Shown: positions 14,215 to 36,125 of the stretch, in pieces
Layout: the number at the start of each line of letters is the position of its first letter
Numbering within the stretch: the stretch's first letter is position 1
Assembly (NCBI RefSeq): GCF_009914755.1
Contig: NC_060932.1
Length of the DNA: 64,000 bases
Origin: the human T2T-CHM13v2.0 reference genome, Homo sapiens
Direction: 5' to 3' (one strand)
Made by a program: the position numbers and the translations under genes
Notes under the pieces: model-generated
Databases searched by the model: none
The model's input: only the letters and a program-made list of their open reading frames with translations
Told to the model about the DNA's origin: nothing

Positions 14215-14493
14215 TCATGGGTTAAAGAGAATATTGCCAGGAAGCCTTCACTCTTCTAGGAGGGCATCATTTGTTAGGTCCTATTTTTCCCATGGTTTAA
14301 AGTAAAAGAGGCAATGATTTCAAATGTATCTCTCATGATAGGTTCTATAGCACATTCTACTGTAAAGGCTAAAGTTACAAAACAGACTTTAAATTCCCTT
14401 GGGAAAGCTAAGCTAAATAATAGAATTGCTCTAGATTACTTACTGGCTAAACAGAGAAGTAACTGTGCAGCTGCTGGCACGTGTGGCCTATGA
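14215..14493 (+). pseudogene. Degenerate env SU/TM remnant
   Basis: Cleavage-like LKR|ILPG, fusion-peptide-like ASFVRS, and immunosuppressive-domain LNNRIALDYLLAKQ followed by Cys residues (14413-14490); frameshifted and stopped. Confidence 0.8.
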
Positions 14494-16344
14494 AGAAATA
14501 CATCACAATAGGTATTATATTCAGTTGTCGGACATTAATGAAGAGACTGCTTACTTAAGTGAGCAAACTCTTTAGCCCATTCTTTGGATTTTAGGTGGTT
14601 TGGTTTATGAGGACCTTAAGTAACTAACTACTCCAAACTCTTGTTATTATCTTTCTGATACACTATACTCTTCCTGGCACACTGTATTCTCCTTAAAATT
14701 TTAAATGCTTCCATGCAGCCAACTCTATAATGTCAAATGGTCTCTCTTCAACTGGAATAACAAGAGCTGAAAAAAGTGTGTGACCATGAGGACACTGTAA
14801 CCTATAAGTAACATGTTGAGACCAGAAACCCAAAGTGATGGTAACTGAGAGTAGCACTAAGACCCTAAGTTTTGGCCACAGTGTCAATCACCTAAGTGAG
14901 AACCTGACCAAAATGGGGGAATTTTTAAACAAAATTATGAGAGGCTATTGTTTTAGACTGAGTTCATGCATTATGCCCCAACAGACCAGATAGAACCAAA
15001 CCAAAATTGAGTCACTCATGCTAAATATGACATAATCAAACTAAAACTTTAAGGAAAAACACACATCCTAGAACAGACTAGGTTTTGTTTTTTGTTTTTG
15101 TTTTTTTTTCCTCCTATAAAAAGGATGTTCCAGCATAAGGAGGTACCCTCTACTCAAACCCTTACAAAAAAATCAAATAATCTGAAGTCCCTGTTTCCAC
15201 CTTACAAAACCCACTGTTCTACTACTTCCCAATGGGTTTCAAGATCAAATAAGTACACACACAATAGTAATAGGAACATCAATGACTAAAATATGACCAA
15301 TCTCTCAAAATTGAGAAGATGACCAAAAGAGGGAAACTGTTAAAGTTTAGCCTAAAGCTTCCTCCTTACAAATGTTAAGTTTGGCCTAAAGGTTAAGGTC
15401 AAAGGTTTCCCTGTACTTGAACTATAACAAGTAAAAGTATAAACAGACTACACCCTACATTTGTGCCAATCACTGAGATTAGGCCAATCAAATGTAGACA
15501 ACTGTTCAAATCATGTTCAAATAAGGCAAACATTGAGCTGTAACCAATCCAGCTGTTTCTGTACCTAACTTCAATTTTCTGTATATCACTTTCCTTTTTC
15601 TGTCCATAAACATTCTTCCACCATGTGGCTGCACTGAGCCTGAGTCTACTCTGGCTCAGGAGGCAGACCAATTCGCAAATCATTCATTGCTCCAGTAAAT
15701 TTTTAAGTTTAATTCAGCTGAAGTTTTTCTTTTAATTTCTATGTGATGAGCTAGCATAATTTTGGTTTTAGTTACACACTGTAGTAATTAGCTATGTGAA
15801 ACACAATCATATTAAGACTTTTGTTATGCCACAAAGATTTTTGTGTGGTCTTTTTAGTAATTTATACTAAGATGGCTGATTTTAAAAGAGCTTTCTGTAT
15901 TTATCTGTATAAGTTTCATAACTTGGAGCATTCTACCCATTAGACTTTGTCACTAAGTATCTTAATATCCCCCTCTCAGTAATTTTCTTTCAATTTTATG
16001 GAGAGTAGAAAATTCTTTATAGTTGGGATGGATGGAAAGAACCCAGGAGGCAGTTTCTCATTTTGTCAGCTGTTTAGGCATGGGCGCCTGTCCTTTATTT
16101 GAAGAAGCTAAACTAATTTTATCCCTCAAAACTGGTCCTTAAAGTCCCATATGCTCAACTTTTCTACAAGAGTACTTGCACGTTTGAGAAAAGGTGTTTA
16201 TATAGTTTTAGCAATGGAACATTAGCAATAAAAATGGATTGGGCCCAGTGGGATTTATAATAGTTTTAAATTTTGGAGATAACACGTAGAGAAAGGTAAT
16301 TTTTGTTGTTTTACCCAATTTTATAAGCTATATATAGAATTGAC

Positions 16345-16627
16345 TTTTTTTTTTGACAGTTTCACTCTGTCACCCAGGCTGGAGTGAAGTGGGATGATCT
16401 CAGCTCCCTGGAACTTCCGCCTCCCAGGTTCAAGTAATCCTCCTACCTCTCATCCCAAAAGCTAGGACTACAGGCACATGCCACTACATCCAGCTAATTT
16501 TTGTATTTTTAGTAGAGACAGGATTTCACCACATTGACCAGGCTGGCCTCGAACTCCTACCTCAAGTAGTCTACCTGTCTTGGCCTCCCAAAGCTGGGAT
16601 TACAGATGTGAGCCACCGTGTCTGGCC
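16345..16627 (-). mobile_element. AluS
   Basis: Antisense Alu with TSD-like agaatt on both sides. Confidence 0.93.
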
Positions 16628-16822
16628 CAGAATTCAAAATATTTAAACACAAAGGACATAAGCCCTGCTAGCTCTGACAATGACAGAAAAAGAACTCACA
16701 GGTAGCTAAACATTTAAATTATCTAGTATTAAGGCATAGAACAAATTATATTAAGATAGAGAAAAAATAATTTAGTATTTATGTGTTTATATACAGGTCT
16801 AGCCCAGTATCACATGAAAGCA

Positions 16823-17091
16823 TTTTTGTTTTTTGTTTTTTGTTTTGAGACAGGGTCTCATTTTGTTACCCAGGCTGGAGTGCCATGGCACCATCTCCAC
16901 TCACTGCAGCCTCGACCTCCTGGGCTAAAGCAATCCTACTGCCTTGGCCCCCAAGTAGCTGGGACTACAGGTACATGCCAACAAACCAAATTACTTTGAA
17001 CTATTTGCAGAGAAGGGGTATTGCCATATTGCCCACAGGCTGATTTTGAACTCCTGAGCTCAGGCGATCCACTTGCCTTGGTCTCCCAAAG
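16823..17091 (-). mobile_element. AluJ-like element missing its 5' ~30 nt
   Basis: gagacagggtctc and gcagcctcgacctcctgggct; stops at tcccaaag. Confidence 0.9.
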
Positions 17092-17182
17092 AGGACTGCA
17101 TCCTCTCCCTCTTACACTCCCAGAGGAAATGAAGAATTATCATCAATGGCAAATGGCAGTTGCAGAAAAGCAACACCAAAAG

Positions 17183-19900
<2,718 letters not shown>

Positions 19901-20117
19901 CAAAGTCCAATTTTTTAGAAAGGTTATTATGAATAATTTCCTTTCCATTCTAGCCAACAGAATTGCATACACAATTTTAAAATAAATTCTCTTTTTAATG
20001 AAGCTTATTACACAGACCAATTATAACACACTTGGACTTTCTGTTTTGTCCTAAACATACTCTTTCTTAAATAACCAGCCATTTCATTTTAGGATAAAAA
20101 TCTATCATACAAGATTC

Positions 20118-20422
20118 TTTTTTTTTTTTCTTCTTTTTTTTTTTTTATTATACTTTAAGTTTTAGAGTACATGTGCACATTGTGCAGGTTAGTTACATAT
20201 GTATACATGTGCCATGCTGGTGTGCTGCACCCACTAACTCATCATCTAGCATTACGTATATCTCCCAATGCTATCCCTCCCCCCTCCCCCCACCCCACCA
20301 CAGTCCCCACAGTGTGATATTCCCCTTCCTGTGTCCATGTGATCTCATTGTTCAATTCCCACCTATGAGTGAGAATATGCAGTGTTTGGTTTTTTGTTCT
20401 TGCGACAGTTTACTGAGAATGA
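20118..20422 (-). mobile_element. Short young L1PA 3' end (about L1PA3)
   Basis: Poly(T) followed by ttattatactttaagtttt..., ending at tgagaatga. Confidence 0.93.
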
Positions 20423-20762
20423 AAATTATTTTCCTTTTAATCTTTGTTAACAAAAATACCTCTTTATAACTTAACTTTCTTTAAATCTCTCTCTTAATGG
20501 TTTCCTTTATCTTGTTATATAAGAAATCTTTTAATAAACTTTGAATTGGACAATTACTTTCATTTTATTTCTTATCATTTCTTAATTTCATTTTTTCCTA
20601 CAATTTTTCTTTTTTCATTGGAATACTTCTTATTTTGGCACACTTTATATGTAAAATCACAAATTAATTAAAATTTTGATTTTTTGTAATAATTTTTTGT
20701 GAAAACCTAGGAAGCAGGAAATCTTTAATTGTCACATCAGCACTTTATAAGGGTGTATAATC

Positions 20763-21049
<287 letters not shown>

Positions 21050-21287
21050 AGTGAGAAACATCTTATAATTATTTTGAAAATGTTTTTAATGATGTAATTT
21101 AACAATTGATAATGACCCAGACATTTAATATCTATTATTTGATACAACATTAAGATTTAACTTATATGACATGTTCATTTATAAGCTTTCATTCTATTAC
21201 ATTTACCTAATTTCTTATTAATAGGTTTCTCTTACTGATAACTCTGGATTGAGTTGTTTCCATTAAATCAACAATATTAAATGTCTT

Positions 21288-27632
<6,345 letters not shown>

Positions 27633-28849
27633 ATATTAAATGCCTTATTTATCAAAAATTACATGAACAAAAATCATTGTTTTCTGCTGGGTTTATAATT
27701 TATAACCTTTGTGCCAAATTTTGACATCTTATAGTCGCTGAGATGAATACAAAACCACTTGACAAGAAAATTTAAAAAAAGAAAAACGAAAAAAACTACT
27801 TGACCAATACATCTAAACCACAATGTATGCTGACAATTGTGAAGACATTTTGAATTTTCTTTTTACCAATGAATTTAAAGACAGCTTATAGGCTAAAATT
27901 CTACTTAAGTCACATGAACTTGAAAAAGTACTTGGGTATAAGTTTCTAATCTTCTGATAAAATATTTAAGAACTTTTTAAAAGCCAATTAGAGCCCTTTT
28001 ATATATTTTTGGTACTCAATCATTATATACATTTGTCATATAAACATTTAGACATATAGACACACAGAAGTAGATCTTAGGGATTCATAAGATTTTTCAT
28101 TTACTGGCTTTAGGGTGGAGCTTTTTAAGAAACAGGGCCAAGGAATCATGCAGTTTCTAGGGCCTAACATGCAGGCAGAGCTGTAAGGCAGAACAGATAT
28201 CTAAAAATCAAGGACTACATTTTTACAGAAAATCCTCAGGACCTCAAAAGAGGAAAACATTATGAGATGAGACAATGCCATGTTTTTACCATGCATTTCA
28301 CTACAAGTACATTTCCCCTGAGGTTGGTGGCCAACAAAAGCCAATTAGCCCATTCAATAATCAGCTCATATCCCATGGCAGTATCACTATTCAGTAGGGG
28401 GTTGGGATGTTTCCATACCTTCCAGGTGGCCAAAAGCATACTATCTCTTCCAATAAGCTGCCCTAAAAAATATATCTCTTACCTAGCTATTACACACACC
28501 AAAGTCAAAAACTTTCCCATTGTGCAAAGTGATTTTTGACACCCTCAAAAGCCATTACGATCCAGCAATGCAATTTAAAAAGTGAGCAGTTTAATATCTG
28601 CAAAAAACTTGTCTGTTTACAACTCATGGGATTTGATAAACAAAAATAGTGGTTCCTCCCAAAAAGAAGTCTGGTGCCTTCTTTTGTAAGCAATCAGGCT
28701 ATCAGAAATTATTTTAGATCTTTTATGTGGGCATCAAGGGTGGCAAGAGAAAAAAGGGACAGACATAAGTAAAATGGAGAGTTATAATTCAGTTGAATGA
28801 GAAGAAAAACAAATATTTTTCAAAAAACAAGATCCACAGAAGGGCCTTT

Positions 28850-29010
28850 TAGATACACACACACACAAATATATGTATATGTAATAGAAAAATAATGATA
28901 TATAAACACATATTTCTAACATACATATGTGTATTTGTTTATATATAAATATATGTATATATTTAGAACATATATGTAATTATGTTTAAATATAATTATA
29001 TACATATTAG
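28850..29010. repeat. (TA)-rich low-complexity tract
   Basis: Degenerate TA/CA repeats. Confidence 0.8.
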
Positions 29011-32000
29011 AAATTTGCTTTTAATTAAGTTGACTTCTAATCAAGGAGTTCTTAAAAAAAATCCTTTTAAATATTTTACTACCATATCATAGCTAGGACA
29101 AACTGCTGGTATTTTTAAAGTAACACAAATACCAAACCAGAAAGAACTAGACTTAGGAACCAAACTGAGGTTGCTGTGGTGAACAGGGCAGAATCTTAGC
29201 ATTGGGTGGCCACCACTGCTCTTTCAGTTTGGCCTTGGCTAGCAAAAGATGGCCTTGTTACATAGATGAAACCTCATAGGTAAAAAAAAAAAAAGTTTTA
29301 AAAAGTCCTTTCTGCTAACTGGATTTTTTTTTCTTTTTGCAGCTACCGGAGTTTTAGCCAATTCAGATGCTTTGTTCCCCACAATTTGGAACATTCCTTT
29401 GGATGTGACCAAGTCAGGAAAAGATGGTCATACTTCATGGGAGAAATGTGAAACAACAAAACCCCAAACATAAACAAAAACAGTTTAGCAAAACAAACAA
29501 ATTCATATGAATACCAAGTGTTCTAACAGTAAGGAGAAATTAAAACCAGCTGGTTGGTAATCTTAACTTTTAGTCATTAAGGAACATTTTTAAGACAAAA
29601 CTCTAATTCAGCTACTTACCTGGAAATAAAGCTCAGGCTGATGATCGCTCTCTACCATCATAGAGAGGCAGGAAAAAACTCACACTCACCTTCTCTGTCA
29701 GAAGCAAGTTGAAACTCAAGAAAGAAGGTGCCTGCTCTCCATCGTCATGGAAGCAGGAAAACTTGCCTTCCTTGTTGGAAATGAGTAAAACTTCAGAAAA
29801 GGAGTTGTACAGCAAAATAACTTCAAATAGCAACCAAATTTTGGGAGATCAGGGACTCTCTGGAGGGGAGAAGCTCCCCAAGCTCCACAAATTAGCCTAT
29901 TGGCTTGAGAAATAAAGATAACCCAGGTTGGTATCAAGCAAAAATAAAAGATTTATCAAAGGTCAGGGCCATCTTTGTAATGTCCTTCTCTGCCTTTTTT
30001 TTAATCTTTATTGGTATAAAGTTTGTTTTGTCAGGATAGGATTGCAACACCTGCTTTCTCCTGTTTTCCATTTGCTTGAAAGATTTTTCTCCATTCCTTT
30101 ATTTTGAGCCTATGTGTGGCATCGCATGTGTGATGGGTCTCTTGAAAACAGAATACTCAAATGGGTCTTGGTTCTTTATCCAGCTTGCCCCTCTGTCTTT
30201 CATTTGGAGCATTTAGCCCATTTACATTTAAGGTTAGTAATGATATGTGTGGATTTCATCCTGTCATCTTGCTGTTGGCTGCTTATTCTGCAGACTTGTC
30301 TGTGGTTTTTAGCATCACTGGTCTGTGTACTTCAGTGCGTTTTTGTAGTGGCTGGTGATAGTCTTTTCTTTCTGTAGTTAGTGCTTCCTTCAGGAGCTGT
30401 TTTAAGGCAGGTCTGGTGGTAATGAATTCCCTCAGCATTTGCTTCTCTGAAAAGGATCCTATTTCTTCATTTATGAAGCTTAGTTTGGCTGGACATGAAA
30501 TTCTGGGTTGAAACTTCTTTTAATAAGTTCAATATTGGGCCCTACAATCTCTTCTGGCTTGTAGGGTTTGAGCTGAGAAGTCTGCTGTAAGTCTGTTGGG
30601 ATTCCCTTTGTAGGTGACCTCACCTTTCTCCCTAGCTGCTTTTAACATTTTTTTCTTTCATTTTGACCCTGGAGAATCTGATGATTAAGTGTCTTGGGGA
30701 TGATCTTCTCATGGCATATCTTACTGGGGTTCTCTGGATTTCCTGAATTTGAATGTTGGCCTGTCTGGCTGGGTTGGGAATATTCTCATGAATGATATTC
30801 TGAAATATTTTTCCAAGTTGGTTCCATTCTCATCTTTCAGATATATTAATCAGTAATAGATTTGGTCTCTTTACATAATCCCATATTTCTCAAAGATTTT
30901 GTTCATTCCTTTTCATTCTTTTTTCCCCCATTCTTGTCTGCATGTTTTATTTCAAAAAGCCAGTTTTCAAGCTCTGAGATTCTTTTTTCTTCTTGTTCTA
31001 TTCTGCTAGTTGGTCTTGCACATGAGATGGGGCTGGTCTGACCTCAGCACTCCTTAGTCTGCTTGCCTCTCCCAGGGCCCCAGCCTGGCCACACCTGCTT
31101 ACAGGGTACTCTTGGGTGCCCACACACACTAAAAGAATTTTCATAATGCAATCACACACAATCACCATGTGACTGCGTTATCAAAATTCTTGTAGTTTGC
31201 TTTTCAGCTCTATCAGGTTGGTTATGTTCTTCTTTATACTGGCTATTTTGTCTGTTAGCTCCTGCAATGTTTTACAATGATTTTTAGCTCCCTTGCATTG
31301 GATTACAACATACTTCTTTCACTCAGTGAACTTTGTTCCTACCCATATTCTGAATTCTACTTGTATCATTTCAGACATCTCAGCCTTAGCCCAGTTCTGA
31401 ACACTTGCTGGAGAGTTGACACAGTCATTTGGAGGAAAGAAGGCATGCTGACTTTTTGAGTTTTCAGTGTTCTTGCACAGATTCTTTCTCATCATTATGG
31501 GCTTACCACACCTTCAACTTTTGAGGTTGCTGACCTTTGGACAGGGTATTTTTTTTTTATCATATTTGATGACTTTGAGAGTTTGATTGTGGTGTAAGGT
31601 GGATTCAGCCAACTGGCTTTGTTTCTGGAGGATTTTAGGGGGCCAACACTCAGCTCCCAATTCCTGGACTGTGTGCTTTAACATGGGGAACTTGTATTGG
31701 GCCCCAACTTTGTTCCCTGCCTCCTCCAGGTTTGAAGTCCCCACTGTACTGGGGGACCAAAGCGCAGCAGCTGCAGCAGAGTGCTAGCAGATGCAAAAGT
31801 GCCTGCCTCCCTGCAGGCATTCACCCAGTAGTGGAAGCAAGACAGCTGGGGTGGGGGGGCCAGGGGGGCCCTGCTGACTGTGTGTGCTGTTGCACTGGAG
31901 GAGGTATTGGTTTGGGGTGGGGTGCTGGCAAGTGCAGGTCTGGGTGCCTTCTCTGTGCCCCCCAAGCAACAGCAGTTGCTTAGGGTATAAGAGGGTCCCC

Positions 32001-33413
32001 TTTTCTCTGTACAGCATTAGCTCAAGGGCAAGGTGCTGGCAGGGTGGGCATTTTTGGCTCTGTGCCCACCATAGTTCCATCGTCAATAGCAGTTGACATG
32101 TGTTGGGGTGTGTGGCTGCACTCCCGTGTGCTGGTAGGGCAAGTACAGCAAAACCCACCTGTGTAGACACACACCAGCAAAGTGATATAGGAAGTTTCCA
32201 TATAAAGAAGAGCTGCAGTATGGAGAGGCAATGTGCAGGCTGATGCATGCCTGTAGGGGCCACATTGCTGAGCTCTCCACTGGTCAAGCACAGTCCACTG
32301 GCACAGAAGCTATGGTATGGGCACCCAAGAGTGCCCTGTAAGCAAGTGTGGCCAGGCTGGGGCCCTGGGAGAGGCAAGCAGACTAAGGATTGCTCAGGTC
32401 AGACCTGCCCCATCTCATGTACAAGACTGCCCAGCAGATATCAGGTCTGAGAGGAGAACTCTCTCAAAAGTAAAGACCCAGCACAGCAAAGCTGCTCTAC
32501 GGAAATGTGGCCAGACTTCTTTTTTAAGCAAGTCCCCTTTATTAAGAAGCGAACTCTCAGACCTGATCTCTGCTGGGCAATCTTAACACGTGAGATGTGG
32601 TTGGTCTGACCTCAGCACTCCTAAAGTGCTGGGGTAAAGTGTCTCAGAAGAGCAAGTGGAGCTTAGATAGCTGTCCCTGCCCTCCAGGCTCCACATGAGC
32701 TGGCTTGCTGCTCCACCACTTTGCTTGCCTCCTGGTGGCTCTACCCCAGAGAGATGTGAGTTAGCAATTACTAAATGCAATCAGCCAGGTTGGAGGGTCT
32801 GTGCCGCGGGCCAAGCCAGGGTTCGCTGTCTGGTAATGAGCAGTGGAGGGTGTGTGGGACCCGTGGAAGATGGGCTGACATGCTCCTTGAGCCAACTTCA
32901 GCTTATGGGAGGTGTCGATACAGCACTTAAAGTCTTTGCTTCCTTGATATTCTGAGGGTAGCAAGGACAGTTCCACTTCAGAGGCAGTGGCAGAGAGGAT
33001 TTCAGTTGCTCCTGGAAGCACTGTCCAGGGAACTGCCAAGTTGCTACTGGCTTGATAGCTTCGGTCGGGGGTTGTCTAGAGACTCAGGCCAGGAGGACCT
33101 GCCCATCAAGGAGATATGGAAACTGGCACCCACGTAACTGTCTGGCCACTTTTCCATAGGGCTGCTGTGGCATGCTGGGAGTCCACTTCAGTCCCTAGCT
33201 GCCTCAGATTTTCCAGTGCCTGATGCTATCACCAGTGAAGCCTGCGAAAAGGCAAAGACGACAGCCTGCCCCTTCCTCTGGGAGTTCTGTACCACTGAGG
33301 TACGAACCTGTTGCCAATTTGAACACACCTATAGGAGGTGGCTGGAGGCAAGTTGAGAAGTCTTGCCTAGACAGGAGGAACAAGAACAGGGACTTGCTTA
33401 AAAAAGAGGTCTG

Positions 33414-34340
33414 CTCAACTGACAAAGGGCTAATCCAGAATCTACAATGAACTCAAACAAATTTACAAGAAAAAAACAAACAATCCCATCAAAAAGTGAG
33501 CAAAGGACATGAACAGAAACTTCTCAAAAGAAGACATTTATGCAGCCAAAAAACACATGAAAAAATGCTCACCATCACTGGCCATCAGAGAAATGCAAAT
33601 CAAAACCACAATGAGATACCATCTCACACCAGTTAGAAAGGCGATCATTAAAAAGTCAGGAAACAACAGGTGCTGGAGAGGATGTGGAGAAATAGGAACA
33701 CTTTTACACTGTTGGTGGGACTGTAAACTGGTTCAACCATTGTGGAAGTCAGTGTGGCAATTCCTCAGGGATCTAGAACTAGAAATACCATTTGACCCAG
33801 CCATCCCATTGCTGGGTATATACCCAAATGACTATAAATCATGCTGCTATAAAGAAACATGCACATGTATGTTTATTGTGGCATTATTCACAATAGCAAA
33901 GACTTGGAACCAACCCAAATGTCCAACAATGATAGACTGGATTAAGAAAATGTGGCACATATACACCATGGAATACTATGCAGCCATAAAAATGATGAGT
34001 TCATGTCCTTTGTAGGGACATGGATGAAACTGGAAATCATCATTCTCAGTAAACTATCGCAAGAACAAGAAACCAAACACCGCATATTCTCACTCATAGG
34101 TGGGAATTGAACAATGAGACCACATGGACACAGGAAGGGGAACATCACACTCTGGGGACTGTTGTGGGGTGGGGGGAGGGGGGAGGGATAGCATTGGGAG
34201 ATATACCCAATGCTAGATGACGAGTTAGTGGGTGCAGCGCACCAGCATGGTACATGTATACATATGTAACTAACCTGCATATTGTGCACATGCTCCCTAA
34301 AACTTAAAGTATAATAATAATAATAAATAATTAAAAAAAA
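33414..34340 (+). mobile_element. 5'-truncated young L1PA (L1PA2/3-like)
   Basis: ORF2 C-terminus (33509-34015), 3'UTR and tail; TSD aaaa(g)aggtctg at about 33401-13 and 34338-49. Confidence 0.95.
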
Positions 34341-34349
34341 AAAGGTCTG

Positions 34350-35012
34350 GCCACATTTTTGCAGAGCAGCTGTGCTGTGCTGGGGGTTTACTTCAGCCCC
34401 TGGTCGCCTCAGACACTCTGAAGCCCTAAGGCTGAAATGGCTAAGTCACCCAAACAGCAAAGATGACAGTCTGGTCCTCCCGCTGGGAGCTCTGACCCAG
34501 GGGGCCTGAAACCTCTGTCAGCCAGAGAACAGCAGTGAAGGTAGCCAGAGACCCTGGTTGAAAGGCTCCACCCAGTGATGAGAAACGTGGTCAGGGACTG
34601 ACTTAAAAAAGAGGCTGGCTATGTTTTCGTAGGGTGGCTGTGCTGTGCTGGGGTACTACTTCCACCCGGGTCAGCTTGGGCTCTCCAAAGCCTGAAGGCC
34701 AGAACGGCTAGTCCCCCAAACTTCAAAGGTGGTGGCTGCCCCTCTCCTCTGGTAACTCTGTCCTAGTGGGGGTTTCAAATCTCTGTTGGCTGGAGAATAC
34801 TGGTGGGGGTAGCTGGAGGACCCAGTTGGGAGGTCCTGTCCAGTGAGGAGGAACAGCATCAGGGGCCTGCTTACAGAAGCAATCTGGCCATGATTTGGTA
34901 AAGCAGCTGTGCTGTGCTGCGGGATCTCTTCTGCCCCTGGTCAGTTTGTACTCTCCAAAGCCAGCAGGCTGGAATGGCTAAGTTGCCCAAACAGGAAAGA
35001 TGGTAGCCTGCC
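34350..35012. repeat. Diverged ~268-bp tandem monomers in the old L1 5'UTR
   Basis: Anchor gctgtgctgtgctg recurs at about 34369, 34637 and 34906, each followed by homologous blocks. Confidence 0.85.
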
Positions 35013-35016
35013 CCAT

Positions 35017-35580
35017 CTTTTCTCTCAGAGTTTATCTTGTGTGATGGGGCTTAATTTTTAGGGTGTTAATTTTACTGTCAGCATTAGAGAGTTGTTCAGA
35101 AAGAATCTCACTGTTATCTTTTAGGTTAGACATATGAAAATTCACTGTCTCCTATAAATAAACCCATTCATGTCTTGTTCTCTGGAAAGACTCTCTTTCT
35201 GCTATCTGACTTTGGTCACAATCATGTAAAGCAGCAACCAGTCTATCATGAAATGATTGAATTTCTGTTTCCAGTCATTCCTTGTTGTGTTTTACATTCT
35301 TCAGTTCAGAACTGAGCATTTTATTCTCAGTTGTCAAAATGCTAAGCTGTCCATTGTACTGAAATACTGTTTTTGCTAATGCTTCCTCATTCAATGTTAT
35401 AGCCTTTAGAAGATTATCATGCTCTTCTTTCACACTTTCAATGTCCTCAAAATATTTCTTTTCCTTTATCTCATTCTGATGTTTTATTGTATCCAGTTCC
35501 AGTCTTAGCATGGCAATTTCTTCCTGCAACATGCTATTTTCATGCAAGAGACCTTTTTCTTTCTTATGGCTAAGAGAAAT
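35017..35580 (-). pseudogene. Large coiled-coil exon remnant (CCDC144/ANKRD26-type), broken mid-exon by an old L1
   Basis: tttacttag|ATTTCT; one frame runs ISLSHKKEK...TLREK with stops at 35275-77, 35152-54 and 35032-34; homology ends at L1 5'UTR sequence. Confidence 0.9.
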
Positions 35581-36015
35581 CTAAGTAAACAAAGGAAACT
35601 TTTAGTTAGTACTCAATAGAATGGCATGTTATAATTTCTTCTGAAATTAAAGAGTAACCTGTATATTTGTATAATGAAAGAATTCCCACAGTGAATATTT
35701 AACTGGAAAAAACGTTGGACAAAACTTCAAACCTAAGAGAGTGTAAATTCCCAAAAGTTTAAATATCTATTTAAAGACCATGAAAAATAAATCACTAGAG
35801 GATTTTTAAGAATCTCAGAATTGGAAAAGCCTTTCTCTGAATTACAAAAAAACCCAGAGGCATAAAATATAAGATTAATACATTTGACTATATTTTTAAA
35901 ATTGGGTATACCCTCTTGATAACCACCTATAATCTATAAACCACACCACTGTAAGAGCCTTAGCTATGCATATATTTGGATAGATGCAATTTCTCAAAGT
36001 TCTTTAATTTCCTTT

Positions 36016-36125
36016 TTGTGAATCAGCTGACTTTTCTGAATAAATTTTCTGAATGAATTTTTTCTGAATAAACTTTCTGTATAAACTTTTTCTGAACAAA
36101 CCTTCCTTTTATGAATAAACTGACT
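36016..36125. repeat. Degenerate minisatellite (tttctgaataaa-like)
   Basis: About 7 imperfect 13-15-bp units. Confidence 0.85.

Larger units (their letters stand above)
7271..15737 (+). mobile_element. MER57-type ERV1 provirus (LTR-int-LTR), non-coding
   Basis: Two homologous LTRs (7271-7654 and 15338-~15737) begin TGTTAAA..GTTTAGCCTAAAGCT; PBS follows the 5' LTR; PPT aaaagagggaaac precedes the 3' LTR. Confidence 0.88.
29995..35016 (-). mobile_element. Old primate L1 5' portion (L1PA13-16/L1P4-age): long 5'UTR, ORF1 and start of ORF2
   Basis: Antisense ORF1 and endonuclease homology at 29995-31560; GC-richer 5'UTR with repeated monomers up to 35016. Confidence 0.8.

Noticed and set aside
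31514-33450. Cluster of overlapping GC-rich ORFs
   Set aside because: These are chance ORFs in an old L1 5'UTR, with no recognisable protein similarity.
34350-35012. Regularly spaced repeats resembling a CRISPR array
   Set aside because: The intervening sequences are homologous to each other, the DNA is eukaryotic and there are no cas genes.
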